Under the pieces are notes generated by a model, which saw only the letters and a program-made list of their open reading frames with translations, had not been told where the DNA came from and made no database searches. From contig OZ316892.1 of the NCBI GenBank assembly GCA_973895155.1, forward strand, positions 14,190,861-14,254,860: 64,000 bases of DNA. Direction: 5' to 3'. The position numbers and the translations under genes were made by a program. Below, in pieces: positions 12,201-26,363 of this stretch (the first letter of the stretch is position 1; the number at the start of each line of letters is the position of its first letter). The DNA is from Marsupella aquatica (taxonomy: Eukaryota; Plantae; Marchantiophyta).

Positions 12201-15200
12201 GTCAAGTACTCTTTTTGCGCGTAGTTTTCAGTCTCCTCTAGTAAGCCCTCTTTCTCTGCCTCAAAGCACCTTGCAGTGAACTAGAGAGTGCCCCTCGTCC
12301 TCTTTTACCCTGCTTTACAGTCGACAAAAGTCACCCAGAAGCTGGAGTGAAGCACAAGGGGATCCTTTGTAATTTGATCGAATCCTCTCTCGTTTCCACC
12401 CGCTATATTGAGAATCTTCTCTTTGTAAACTGACTGGAGTGAGTAGCCCTTGAAATACGGGAGTATCCTTATTTGGATCATAAAACGACAGGAGTCTACG
12501 GAGATGATTATGAAGGTTAAGCCGGATTTAAATATGCTAGCAATTGTGTAGATCATCTGTGCAAATTAAGGCTAGATTGTCCAGGGGAGGAAGAAAACTG
12601 TAAACCCTATTTTGCGTGTTTCATATTTAGAAAGCACATCACACAGTCTGGAAAAGCGGACTATGCTAAAAACTTCAGGACTTGTACCCTACACACAATT
12701 GACAGCCCTCATTTGGTTTGTAAGTGTTTAGACAGACTGTCCAGCCAGTGACAGACAGAAAGCTAGGATGACCCCAGTTTCTAGGAACCCAGTTCGCCTT
12801 CCCCTTGGCGACCTTGATACCATGTCAATATTGGTGTGTGTTTCATTATTTATTACCTGTCGTCGTTATTGGCTTGATTCACTATCGTGGGCTAAATTCT
12901 CTTTTCTAATAAGTGTTCATGTTTGATTTCGATGCAGACATTCACTCTAAACTACAGCAAATTGAAGCAGATCCAGAGGGTGCTGGGACAGTCCATCTTA
13001 GCAATTCCATTCAGAGTGTTGATGTTGTTGCAAAGCGAGCCTTTGGACCCCTCTTGGAACGCCAGGTCTGTTGAGGCCGTATCAACGTCTTTAGTTATTG
13101 TTAAATTGGATGCCTTCGACTTTGGAAGTAGTGGATCCCGTTTTGAATTTATGATCCAATCCTCACTCTGTTTCCAGGCACTTGCTGTATTGCATCTTAT
13201 CTCAATTTTAAGTGTGCGTGTTGTATCTAGGCCCAAGCTGAACGGATAAGGTCTGTACAAGGAATGCTGCAGCGGTTTCGCACTTTATTTAACCTTCCTA
13301 GCATTATACGTGGGAATATCAGCAAGGGCGAGTTTGACTTGGCTATCCGGGATTACAAGAAAGCCAAGTCTTTGGTACAATATACACATGTATGTACTGG
13401 TTGGAGTTACTGTGAAGTTTGATTATTTTGGGGGGATTGGCGTGCACAGCAGAATTTATGGTTATGGTTTTCAATCGTCCAAAGCCTAGGAGATTCAGTA
13501 CTGTGTACTTGCCGTGCACTGTTTCAGTGACGTAGCTTGTTACAATTAGACCTAATATTGTAGTACAATCTCTCCTATTGCACTTGGCAGTCGTGGGAGA
13601 GTCATGAAGGCTCAGTGTTGGCGTAGTCCACATTTCATGAGAAAATGATGTGGAACGAAGATATCAAATCCATGTCATGTGATCACGATGTTGACAACGC
13701 TCGTAGTTTCTCTGGCTGGCTCACCCGCTGACCTTTGCAGAGTATGCTGTAGTTTTAGATATCTGATATCGATTATTTGTTGTGGTTGTAAATGGGGCAA
13801 GGTGTTTTAAGGACACATGAATTTGTAGCAGGCTGGACTCTATGTTGATTTTGTGAGTGACTCGGTTTAATGCAGGTTGGCATTCTAAGCAGGGTACTCG
13901 AAGAGGTGGATAAGATTGTTCAAGAGTTCAAAGATACGCTGTACAAAACTATGGAGAATCCTACCGTGGAAAACTTACAGGCAAGAATTTGACATTTCTT
14001 GAATGTAATTGTAAGCTCAATGTCATACAAGTGATGCGCAAAGTCTTGTCATGGCCTTTTGTGGAAAGGTCATTCTTGTCAGCTTATCGATTGATGCAAC
14101 TGTTAACAAAGGTCCAGCTGGGTCAATCAGGAAAATATCTCTTAGAGTCAGGCTACAAGTCAAACAAAGCAGATACAGGGGTCTAGCTAGAGATCAAAGG
14201 CCCCGTATTCCCGCTGAGAAATTGCGGAGATTTTAAGTCCTAGAGGGCCCAATCTGTCGGTGGAACCAATGATCTACTCTGGCTTCCAGTAGTCAGAGGC
14301 TAAAAGTCAGACAGTGGATAGCAAATAAATAGCCGAAAAGCCGAGCTAGGTGTAGATTTCCACTGATTCAATCTGTCGATTTTGACCCACATGTGACAGT
14401 GTAGTGCTCATTGATTTAGTTACCTGTCTGAAGAGGTTGAAACTTAGGGCTTCAGGAAAACTACCTTCAAACACGTCACGCTTCTCAACCTCAAGCAGTT
14501 GCTTACTACAGAGCTTGAAAATTCGTGCTGATTTAGGGACACCTTTCCACTTTTCTGTTTCTAGCCCCAAGAATGCAACGTGTGTGATCCACATCTAAAT
14601 TTTCTGCAAGGCTTGGTAGATGCTGCAAATGACGGTGCAAAGGACAGATTGTGCGTATGTTAGGGTCGTCCAAGTACATAGTTGGTCATGTTCGCCACCG
14701 TTTTCCCTGCCTTCCCCCATCTAAGCTAGAGGATACTGTTCTTGCACTTCCTTGGACAGATTTGTTTTGATATTGTTGGACGAGTATGTTGACTAAGGCT
14801 AACTTGTTCATCCTTAGGACTTTTGCTGCGTTTCCAAGATCACCAGCTTGTTAGTCTTTCACACATTATAAATCCATAGATTATCGCTGTGGCACGTCTA
14901 CCCGATGAGCTGCATTTCTGATGCAAATGCCACAGATCTATGTGCTTGCAAACCGTGAGATTAGGAGATTTCTGTCTCTGGTTGGCTAATTCTTACTACC
15001 TGACTTCTAAAAACCGTTTTTACACATCATAGCATACCTTCCTGTAGCAGAGGTCTCCAGCTTCGTTGACAAGGTGGAACTTTTTCAATCTTGGAGCTCT
15101 CGGTCATTAATATAGTTGGTTGCCTGTTGGGACGAGGGGTAGTAATGGGAGCTAGTGCTGCCGCACGACATGGATATTCAGTCTACCTAAATGCTCTAGG

Positions 15201-18200
15201 AATTTTCTGCCTTTGTTTTGTATTCAAAATGTGAGCGAAGTTTGGCTCATGGGTTGTAGGGGAAAGTAAATGTAATGATGGCCTCTGCTGGACCAAGAAT
15301 GACCTGTTAAACTGTTCATCATCAGAGCTGTGAAGTTCATTTTCGTCGTTTTAGTTTAGTTTGTTTGTGTTTAGGCAGGCCATTACTTTGCAAATAGCTC
15401 ATCCATCTGCAATAATACATCTATTTTTACTTTTAAGTTCCTGCCAGTATGGTTATTCTACCAGTAACTGCTACCTTCCAAATTGGTTTTTACTGCCAAT
15501 TCCAGAAATTCTCCAGACTGATAGCCATTGTTGATTCTCTTGCAGCTGGAGACTACCATACGATTACTGTTGGAACTTGAACCCGATTCTGATCCTGTTT
15601 GGTATTATCTCAGCATACAGGTCATGATCTGGAGTCGCTGCTTCACTCAAGTTCTGCTAAAATTCAACTTTGGTCGTGATTCTTAGATCCTACTTACAAG
15701 TTTGATACGTTTGCGTTCTTCATATAGAGTGGTTCATACTTCAATCATGGATTGGCAAGAATGTCAAAGGCTCTTGCCTGGAAGTCATTTCTGGACAATG
15801 GTTGACTCAAAATAATAAAGAAAAAATTAACTCTACAGAAGCTTCGTTTAGAAAAGAAACTAAAGTAGGGACATCTTTCTTTGGGCTATTGCAGGATCGT
15901 AGAATTCGTGGTCTACTTGAGGGGTGCTCTTTGGAGCATGAAGCACGAATGGAGGCCTTGCAGGGTCGTGTACAGGAGAGAGTTCAGTCTGATGCACGTT
16001 GGAAGCAATTGCAGCGGGAGTCTAACAAAGCCGTATGTTCGCCCTGTTTGCTGGCATTCTTCTGATGAAGAGCTTTGACTTATGCAGAATGTGGCTTTCA
16101 CCTCACTTAGCTTGTGGTAAATTGGTGCTAAAATGCGAAGCAGGTGCCGATTTTGTCTTCCAAGGGTGCTAATTGCTGATGCTGATAGGGACTTACCATG
16201 ACTGATAACAGTTGTTTCATGTTGTGCTTTCTACTTCAATTTCAGTCAGACGTGGATTTTAATATTCTCTTGGGAGAGCAAGACAAAGAGCTTGGGGAAA
16301 GACACCTGAAGGAATTTACGGGAGAAGAGTCAGATGCTCTCTTGGGACGCCTCATACGCAGACTCACGGTCATTTTTGTACAACATGTTCCTAGTTTTTG
16401 GCGGCTTGCTCTCTTAATATTTAGTGGCAAGTTTGTCAAGGTACGTAGGTCGTAAGCCTTTTAGTGTCATCTGAGGCTCGTTGTTAAATATTGTAAGAGA
16501 CTGCTAGGCTCAACATGCTTTTGTTTTCTTGCCTTATAGCTGAAATAGAACTCGTCACACTGCTCTGGCTTCTCTTCTTTGCAATTTTAACTAACTGGAA
16601 GATGGTTCTGTTGCCCCAATATCAGGTCTCACAACCTGGGTCTAGTAATGGGAGGCCATCTGCAACATTGAGCAATGATGCTGCAATGTATCCGTTTGAA
16701 AATCAACCAGATTCACAACACTCAAAACATTCGATGGATGAAGTGGTCACTATGGTTCACACCATCATATCATTGTATGAAACAAAGGTGGGGCACTTTC
16801 AAGCTAGGTTGTTTATCTCCTCTTATGTTGGGCGGTCAGTAAAAGCCTCATCTTCTGGGGATATTGGTGTGCCAGTATTTCCTATGCCAAGTGTCTGTTT
16901 TCTTCCAGTGTCTAGAGTGCCGATGCTATTTCAATTCATTGTCTCGATGTTCCTAGATTAATACATCCATTCTCTGTGGTATTAATTCAGAAGTTATTCC
17001 TGCCGATGAGCAGGTTCTAAATGCCTTTAATGCCCTTGCTGAGTCAAAAGTACTTCGCCCATTCATGCGTGAAGCTCTTATTGAGATCACCAAAGCTTCA
17101 GTTGCCTTACAAGGCAAAGACTGTGCCCCCAAAAGTGCAGGTGCGTGTCTTGCCAGTCTGATATCGACAGCATCCGAGGAAATGTTAGGATATGCAACCT
17201 TGATTTGGTGTTATGCGAAGCATTAAATATATTCATAGGAACTTGTCAATGACGGAAAGCTCTCCTTCAGCTTGAAGCAATGTTGCTTTTTGATGCACTC
17301 TGTGACGTCATTGTTACATGGTTTTATATCTAAGATCAAAGATGACGATATGATGTTGTGTATGCTTCCATTCCCTTTTCCCCGATGGCTGACCGTCTTA
17401 AGAAAAAGTGCACCTATCTGACGACTATTGTCGATATAACCTTGTAAGAGTCTGAGGTAGTTCTTGAGCTGTGGCAGTGCAAGCGCTCTTGGTGCTGCGC
17501 ATGGATGTTACAAGAATATTTGTTCTTCGACTCTGTACACTTATTCGAGGGGTAAGCTCTGACTTTGCACAAGAAGAGGATTGGGTTCCCGCTCCAACAA
17601 GTGAGCGTGGAGGAACACCATATGCAATTTCGTATCTTCCTTTGCGCTTCCGCAACACACTGGTGGCAGCAATGGAGAACATGACAGAGTATAATACTGA
17701 CCCGTCTCCTTCCAAGCTTTGTATACTGTGCAATGTAGTGTGCTATTCGCAGACTTTGTCCAAACAGGGAAAACGGTGGTCTCATGTATGTGGATGATAG
17801 TTTGTTGTGATGAATTCATCTCTCGGCATTTTTTTGTTCACGGCTTCATGTTGGATTTTTTTTGGCGAGCACTGTAGAGTCTATACAGTAGCAGTTTGTC
17901 AGGGTTGGCTGTTTTGTGGTCGCAGAATGATTCAAAGAACATCTGGCGAAGCTGTGGAGCTCTTGGAAGAACATGCAGCAACAGTGTATGAAATGCAGGC
18001 GCATGTAAGGAGCACTTTTGTTGAGTGTTTCCTTGACTTTGCGGGTAGGTCCCCGTGGAACATCTTGACAATGAATACACTCATTTTCTTACCATTTTGG
18101 GAAACTTCCTTTCCCGACTTGTGGCCGTAGGGATTCTCCTTGTTGACAGAATAATACTAAGAATTGATGCTGGTTATGATCAGTACAAGCTTGGGAAATG

Positions 18201-21200
18201 TTCATCGTAAGTTCCAGGTATCGTGATGGCGTCCTTCTATCTCATTGCGTGTTCACAAAGTTCTTTGGTTCTTACCTTTTGGCAGACTGTCTGGATCATT
18301 TGTCTGAGAGCATACCCTTGGAAGAGTCCACAATCGGAGAATCAAGCGCAGTCGAAGAGGAGTTCTTGGGTTTGATTCCAGGCTCAGAAGTCACTAATCC
18401 CCATCAAAGGCTGCTGGTAGTGCTTAGCAACACTGCTTTCTGCAAAAGTTCACTTCTGCCCGCTCTTCTGCGAAGTTACGAACCTCTTTGGACCTCTCCC
18501 AGGTGACGATCCATCGTCCTTCTGGTGAAGGAACCGTTTGTTCTTGTTTTGGTGATTGTTTTGTATTATATTTCGTAAAAGTCCACGTAACGGTCCACCT
18601 CCTACTTTGTATGTTGATCGATCCTTGAATTTCTGGAATAGTTGTTTATTACAACTCACAGGTGAGGTTCTGTTTCTGGGCGAAGTTCCATGTCATCAGA
18701 CAGCGTTTGTAACCTGCTATAAATGATCTCGAGTTTCAGTTTCGAAGTTTGATCAGAATTTACTCGACACCTGTCAAAATTCTGTAGACCATGGCAAAGT
18801 CTTACAACGAGCTGTCCGCAATGACTGCAGCTCAGAGAGCACTAGTGGCAGGGCGATGGAGGGAAATCACTTATTAACAATAGAACAAGCAAGTGCTTCG
18901 TTTAACTCTCTAGAAAAAAAGATATTGGACCGGTACAATTTGGCTAAGGTGAGCTCTCACAGGTCAACATGCGATCGTGTTTGTGATAATGTACAGAATA
19001 TGAGATGTGATGTCTACCATTTTGAGCTTGTCTGCGGAAGTCACACTGTTACAGTAAATTTGGTATTTTGTAGGAAACTGGTTTAGGGCTTAGTAGGGTT
19101 TCCCTAAAGAGTTTTTTCCTCTTGAAACGTTTACTGAAATCTGAGTTCCATCCAAGGGGCTCTGTTTGGATCAACATGTACACTCTTGACAGGGCTCATG
19201 TTGGGTACAGGCTACTAAAGTTGGAGTTGCTGCTGCGGCTTATCTTGTTAACGATGGGACTCAATGGGGACAAACTCCTGAAATTAAAGTGAGTATGGAT
19301 AACAAGGAATATACTTTTGATTCACGGGAGCCACTGGATAGCGGAATGAATCAAATATAAAGAAATACTGGTTTTAGATGGTGATGTGAGTAGAGCTCAT
19401 ATGGACCATACACTTTTAGGTTACACAGATACATGTCGCAAGTTAATCCGCCACTTTCAAGACTAGGAAAATTGTGGTTGGTGGATGTCATGTGCTATCG
19501 AGTGCTAGCTTCGTTAGTACCACATTTTTGGTCAAGTGAAAGTCATCTCAATTGGGGAACAGTCTTTGGACAATTAGCCAGCTGGTGGAGATGTGTTGGT
19601 TGAAGTTGCTGAATGATAGACTGTTGGGAGGAAATATAATTTGTTCAGTTCTTAGAAATCAAAAAGTAATGTGTTTCGGATGAAAAAGATTCTTTTGCAG
19701 CTGTACTCTCTTATGATAGCTTTCATATGAATCACTGCAGGGTGTGAGGGATAATTTAATTGAACTGCTGTATCCTCTGGTAACGGTTCATGCTGAGGTA
19801 CGTGACACTTGCCTGAACTTTTCGGATCGTTTGGATCATGTGCTTTTCGGGTGGAATTGGTGAATGTTGACATTAGAAATAATTTATATTTTAGTTTTGT
19901 CTTACTAAGTTTTGGCCCTACTGGAAGAACCTTGGACCTTCCTTCTCTGGACTAGCGTTACACATACACACAATATGTGGATACAAACCTTTTACTCACA
20001 CTCCTGATCAGTCCTTGAAGTTTTTTCTCAATGTGAGATTGCTGGTGTTACAGAACTTAGTACCAGTCTCTTTACTACGGCTTTGGGAAGGCCTTCATTG
20101 CTACTGTAGCTGTGACGTAGGATAGGTTCATTCTTTGTATCTCATGTTCTCATTTTCATTTTGAATGTTTTCAGGTGCATTCTGGTGCTCAACCTTTTCT
20201 GGACAGGGTGATCAAAGCTTTGGTAGAAGCTTTGATTATTGCACTGTTGAACGTTTTTACCGAGAACAAACACAAGTTTTTGAGACTGCTGGATATCAAT
20301 GGATATTGTCAGCTTACTCTTGAGGTAAATTTTGAACTTTAACAAAAACGATTTTCTAATGGTATATTGTCTGTGAGTCTTAACCAGTAGAGTAATCTGC
20401 CGGCAGTAGTTCTATGCACACGCGTCAGTTGAACATTTTGTCAAATCACATATTAGTCTTTCGTGCTTTGAGATACCAATGCGCGCCAATTCACTTTGAT
20501 ATGTATTCTCTCTGATCCCAACTCTTGAGTCCCTAGAAATTGGCAAGAGGAATTCACCTAACAAGCTGAGAGTCGTCTGCTTTGTAAGTGGTGATGTTAC
20601 ACAAGTAGAATCGTTTTCGATTCTCCATCATTTTGTCTTTGAAAAGGGTAAGTGCTTGTAAGATGTTCGCATCCGTAATTAAGGAAACTGCTTTCTGCAG
20701 TTGGACTTCCTTGACACAGTTGTGGAGAGATACTTCACTGGAGCAGCACGGGAAGCTGCTGTTGGACTTCGAGATATGCTTCTAGAGAAAGTTTGTGAAA
20801 GTGTACGAGAGATGCAGCAGGCTGAGCTTGCAAGTTCTGCAAGCATACGAAGCTCTCGAGGGGGGAGCGAAGAAGCATCGAGCCTGGACAGGACTGGCCT
20901 CATGTCACCCGAAGAAATACAGGCATGTCTTGGGCCTCTGGGCTTCAGTTGTGCTGTATTACCAATTTTCCCCATATTACTGAGCTACTTTGAGAGGCCA
21001 GAGTGATTTGCCTTATCATGACATTTATCAGCAGAAATACCCAGGGATTGAAAAGCAGCTGTCTTTTAGTTGTCTCCGTGAAGCCCTACTGGGAGGGAAT
21101 TCTGACGATGATCTGTTGGCAGGCAATTGCGCATCAAATAAGTGCGGACTTCTTGCCCTCTGAATTCAGAAGAGCACGGACAAATATAGTCTGTTTCACA

Positions 21201-21497
21201 GAGCTTAATGTGGGAGGGAAGCGAACCCTAAATCTGCCGAAGTCTAATTCAGGCCGACACTTGCCTTCAGGTGCGTCTATCTTTCACCATGTTCGGAAAT
21301 CGCCTAGTTTCCTTGGAGGAGATTCCCCATTGTCTCCTCGTGCAGACTACGCCGGTTCCGATATTGGAAGTGATAGTCTTAGTAGGGGTGGTTTCCCCTC
21401 AGATAGATATTCGAGATTTCAGTTTGACTCACGAAACGAGAGACGTGGCTCTCACCACTTACTGTCGTCACGAAGTTATGATACAGATCTTTTGTGA
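9270..21497 (+). CDS. SEC5: Exocyst complex component SEC5 (EXOC2), 21 exons
   Basis: Exons approx. 9270-9776, 10659-10792, 11078-11208, 11507-11701, 12938-13065, 13231-13389, 13876-13980, 15546-15620, 15895-16032, 16246-16440, 16626-16787, 17014-17140, 17478-17688, 17926-18044, 18286-18502, 18831-18948, 19211-19288, 19741-19797, 20175-20324, 20701-20922, 21123-21497. Plant SEC5 motifs: MSSDDDDEEELLQRAL, SDVELLSISSDDD, DPLGLG, YHSESFDPKFFLARIH, LVKENFDCFISCKNTID, LQRFRTLFNLPS, DPVWYYL and NGYCQLTLELDF. Confidence 0.95.
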
Positions 21498-24400
21498 TAC
21501 TCAAGAATTAGTCGATGAATTGTAATTCATTAAGACGTATTAGTCACTCTTGTTACTATTTGTGGTAGCTTTCGGGCGTTGGTATCTGCATGTGCTGGAT
21601 AGATGAAATTGTAAGTCACTTTGGTCACGTTCCGTGCTCATTTGCTTGTAAACCTTGTCACATAGAGTACATTTTGTGTTTTCAGCAGTAGAATATGTTT
21701 TATTAGGGTAATTACATTATACTGTAGCAATTGACATGTGTAATGTTCAGTGGCACGAAACTGATCCTTGCCGTAGTGTCCCGCATTTTGATAAAGAAAC
21801 GCGCCCGCGGGTGAGGAATCTGCCGCTTAGGTCTTGTTAGCGTCTGCTTTATTGGACTATATCTCGTCTGACACTGAATATTTTTCTTCTATCGTTTCCG
21901 GGTGCTGGATTCTGGACAAAATGTAGAAAGAGTTTTGGGCGATGTACTCTTAATTGGTTTTAAGCTGTCATGACTTGAAATTTCCCCAAGCACTTTGAAC
22001 ATGAGGAGGCTGCTAGTCAGTATGGGGACTAGTTGCTTCGGTTAGTGGGATAATTAACCTCCACCACCAGCACCGCCTCCATCTTTCCTCTTTGATTGGT
22101 ATTTCATGTAACATTGCTCATTCTAAATTGGCGACATGTTTACCCCCCATGTGAACTTTATTTCTTTATGACGTCCTGCTTGCGTCAATCTTGCTTCTGT
22201 TCATATTTGTCCTCGCTTTACGTCCCTGTAACCAGTCCTCTGTTAAAATATATCATTTTGGTTGCTTCGCTCCAGAGTCCACGGCGTTCGCACCAATTCC
22301 AGACCAGTGGCGTGAAGATGACCCAATTAAGTCCAGATATAGCTGTTGTTTGGAGCTATGTGAGAGGTCAAATCCGACAAGTTTTCTTGTTCGAGGTGTC
22401 GTAGGGATTGGGAAATTCATAAGGTCATCGAGTGGTAATGTCCATGAAGTGTTCAAATAAATGAAGTACTGGAAGATTGGCCGTAACATCAGATTGGACA
22501 AACTCATGATGTTCCGAATTCTGAGCTGCGAGGGGGAATTGTTTGAATCCTTGGGATCAATCACTCGAACTTAAAGAACAGCCTCGCTATGTATCGCTGG
22601 GAAATTTTAATCCAGGTTGGATTTCTGACCACAGCGAAGGTCAGCCAGAGTTGAATTAAAGATTAACACCAATTTTAGTACATTATGAAACTCTCGTCTT
22701 TCTTATTTCCATACATGGTGCCAGGCGGATTCGAAGCGAAACAGTGACACAACGGGAAACAACAGTGGTAGCTTGAGGCTTTCGTTGAACAAAGGGAAAA
22801 TGTTCTGAACAGTACTGAAGCATCGAGTCTCATGCACAGAGAAATCTCGCAAGCAGTCTTTGCATGATTCGATAAGTAGTGAAGCAGCTTCCTCAGATTT
22901 GTTGAACAAGCAAAGAAGACTCGTAGCCACCCTGCATAGGTACAGGATAGCCACTCTCCCAGAATAATATGACACGCTTACAGTCAACGACAGTCCCCAA
23001 ACACCCACACCATTCAACTATAGGCTGCCCGATGAGTCAAAGGTTTGGTGAGTTGGGAATTGTCAAGGGTGCACTTCTCGTTATTTTCACACGGGTTATT
23101 ACAGCCATCTCGCATGTGAGAGTCCCCAAAACAGACTGACCCAGAAAAGAGTGTGACGGCTTCCTCTAACAGGTCTGTTCTAATCCTCATAACGCACATC
23201 ATATTTAGATACGATGTGAGTGAATACAACAAAATTGTGTCCTTTTAAAAATTATCAAATCAAATTTATTCCTTGGTTACCGTGCAAACTCTTTCACCAC
23301 GCCGCACTCTACATTGTCGAAGGTTCATATTTTTGTTGTAAATTCCCAAAATCTTAGTGATAGCACTGTGAACTCTAAGCCGGGACGGATGGCCACCTTT
23401 GTCTCTGGCCACTCCCTTGGACTGTGACCAGGCACTTTTACACTTGACACCCTCTGATTCCAGAGACGGGGCCAAATGTTGGATGACCTTGGTTTTTTCT
23501 GGCTAAACACTACAAGGAAAGCTGGATGTGTATAAGCAATACACAGCAAGACGACCCACAGAAAATGGGGCAATGGCTGAGGGTGGACGGTGGATGGTAC
23601 TTGGAGCAAAATCATAAGAATGCGCAAACCTTCTTAAATTTCTGTCAGTATTAAGAAATGCTAGATTGAAAGCTTTTGTGTTTCTTACGCAGTATGACAA
23701 CAACAAATTTTAAATGAATGCAACACACTCAATTCTTTATGGTTTTTACCTTGCAATGGTGTAATGCAAAGTTCTTTGGAAATATGCATGTGTTTATACA
23801 AAGATAGCTGATTTGGATGGATTGATTCAGAAGTGTCAGGAGAAAAAATTCCTGTCTTTTGCAGAAACTGCTACGACAATCATGTCACAGAATTTCAAAA
23901 ATTCATGGTCTGGCTACTGCTTAACGGAATCTGGGAATGTTTGACCGAGTGTTTGACTCATCAGAATGCTCTTTCTAAGACACTCCCTACCATTCCTTGC
24001 AAGAAAATTTTCATCCAAAAGGTCAATGAGAAATTCAAAATCATTGTGCAGACTACATATCTAGATTTTCAAGTGCCGACAAAGGGTTCAGGGTTTAGTA
24101 ACTTCAAAATCTCCTGAACATGATAAAATCTGGCTAAACTTGACTCGGTCGATTGCTCGTCCAAAGACATGAGGGAGAGACTTGAAATTAGTTATTGCCG
24201 ATCACACAGTCGATTGAAGGCTGGAACCTAATGTTGTAGCCAATGGGAGCATGTAATAGGCAACAAATTCTCACACACTGAAAACCGGCTACATTGAAAG
24301 TGACTTTCAGTCTCTGGTCAGTTATTGAGTTTTAAGGTCATTCTGCTCCCAGAAATGTAAATACTGTTATGCAAGCGAATGGAGACGTTTTGCACCAGTC

Positions 24401-24636
24401 CATCGAGGTTGGGCAATCCAGACGCTCTTCACAAACAAATGTGAGTCCATCAAGGTTTCACCTTCTAATATTCCGGATTACGAGCAAAAAAGGAGTATGT
24501 GAGGCATCTGATGTGTTGATGCAAGGGTAGAAGGAAGTCATTGACACAAGAAAGTATGGTAGACGCAAGGAAGTCATCAAGGAAAGGAAATGTCAGGGAG
24601 GCAAGGAAGTGCCTTCAAGGGTCTTCTTGATGCCAC

Positions 24637-24860
24637 GGTAGATGCAAAAGTGTTGTTGATGCTAAACCTAGTCAGCGGCATCACATGTCAGGTCAGGACA
24701 TGGGCATTGTGCAGTGATAGGGACTGTGTTTGTCAGGAGAATGAGATTAAGGTAGATACAGAAGTGTTGTTAAAGCTAAACCTAGTGAGCAGCATCACAT
24801 GTCCGGTAGGGCCATGGCATGTGAATGCTACGGACTGTTTGTCAGGAGAATAAGATGAAG
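24637..24860. repeat. ~114-bp direct repeat x2
   Basis: GGTAGAT.CA.AAGTGTTGTT...GCTAAACCTAGT...GCATCACATGTC...TTTGTCAGGAGAAT at 24637 and 24751. Confidence 0.85.
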
Positions 24861-25260
24861 GGAGGATGCAAAGGCAGAGTCTGGGCAAAGGGAGGCGAGA
24901 GTGGAGGGAGGAGAGGGTGAAGAAGGGTGCCCAAAACTCACGGTCATCCTAGTTGGGCTCCTTTTCTGCTTTTTTCACCCTCTTACTCTTTTTTCCTCTA
25001 TTCCCCGTTTTCCCATCGTTTCTCTCTCCCTTAAACCCTTCCTGAATTTCTTCCTCAATTTTTTCCTTTGTATGTGTGTACAAGGTTATGAGAGATTACC
25101 CCCAGGTGAAGTTCCGGAACCTGGGCCAGCCTGGCCTGGGGATTATGAAATTTGAATGAGAAATAGAGTAAAATGTAAGTGACAGACAGTGACAAAATCA
25201 AACTTTTCCTATGTAAAACTGAACTGAATGTTGTGTAACAATTCAATCAGACTTTGCACT

Positions 25261-25353
25261 GGGTAACTCATCGCCACCTGGGGATAATGGCTTTAACCCC
25301 CTCGGGCTCAGCGCCCTCTGAGCCCATTACCCCCTCTTGGGGATGGGTTACCC
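25261..25353. mobile_element. Small foldback/MITE-like element
   Basis: GGGTAACTCATCGCCACCTGGGGATAATGGCT pairs imperfectly with AGCCCATTACCCCCTCTTGGGGATGGGTTACCC. Inner hairpin GGGCTCAG/CTGAGCCC. Confidence 0.5.
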
Positions 25354-26363
25354 TACACCATTCTCTCCTCCCCCCTCCCCACACCAACCCTTCCCCACAC
25401 CAGGGAGGCTGAGGGTTGTAAGGCAAGCAAAAGCGCAAGAGAGATTAGAAGGTGCTGAAAAGCAGCCTGTCATCCAGCACCCAGATTGCTTCCCTTCCAG
25501 ATCGGATTTTGTCAACAGACCATGTGGCAGTTAAGGATTACATATTTTAGTGTCAAGATTTCACATTCGACCTTAGTGCTTATCCGGTTGTTGCTGCCTT
25601 CGTCCACTGGTTCCGACTTGCTCTTCAAATAACAAGTAGCCAAACACTACATTGGAAGCCACCCTTGTCCTAAACGTGCCTAGGCAAACCGGGTTGCACA
25701 TAATTGGTCAGAAATTTTGACACAATCATATAACGGTCGACTCTGCATGTGCGCATGTGTAGCCGAGTGTGCAATAGATTACTCCTAGCAATGGCGATAG
25801 TACCATTGTTCAGTCTCGTTGCACGGAATTTCCAGATACCGACTAACTACAAATTTCTCTCCCCTCAGGATCTCCCGAGCCTACTTTGGTCTGCGAAGTA
25901 AAATGAATCTTCTCTCCAGGATGCCCCCGAATAGGAGTTCTCTTCACAAGACTAGTTTTCAACGGCTGACCTCGCACCTGCGCTTGTTACTCCGCCGCTA
26001 GAGTAACCTTGGACATGAAGGGAAGCTTTTGCTAGTTCTCACAACGAACCGAGACAATGCTCTTGCCAGGAGCATCAGACCAGGACAAATCACTTGCTAA
26101 GCCGGCTGACTACGTCTTTCCTTTGCTTTCAGAACCTCTTGTAGTCTTTTCAAACACCCAATTTATGCACTTGCCTTGCCTGGAATTACACTCCAATTTC
26201 ATTAGTCTCGCGAGACTATAGTTGAAGTACAGAGAGCAAAAATAACAATAAAATAATTTCAACCTTGCAGGACTTTCAAGATTACCTCACGAGCTTTCGT
26301 AGGGACCTGGTGCACTCAGATTGATTTCAAAGGAGCACATACTGGTGACCGCAGCCGAACTGC

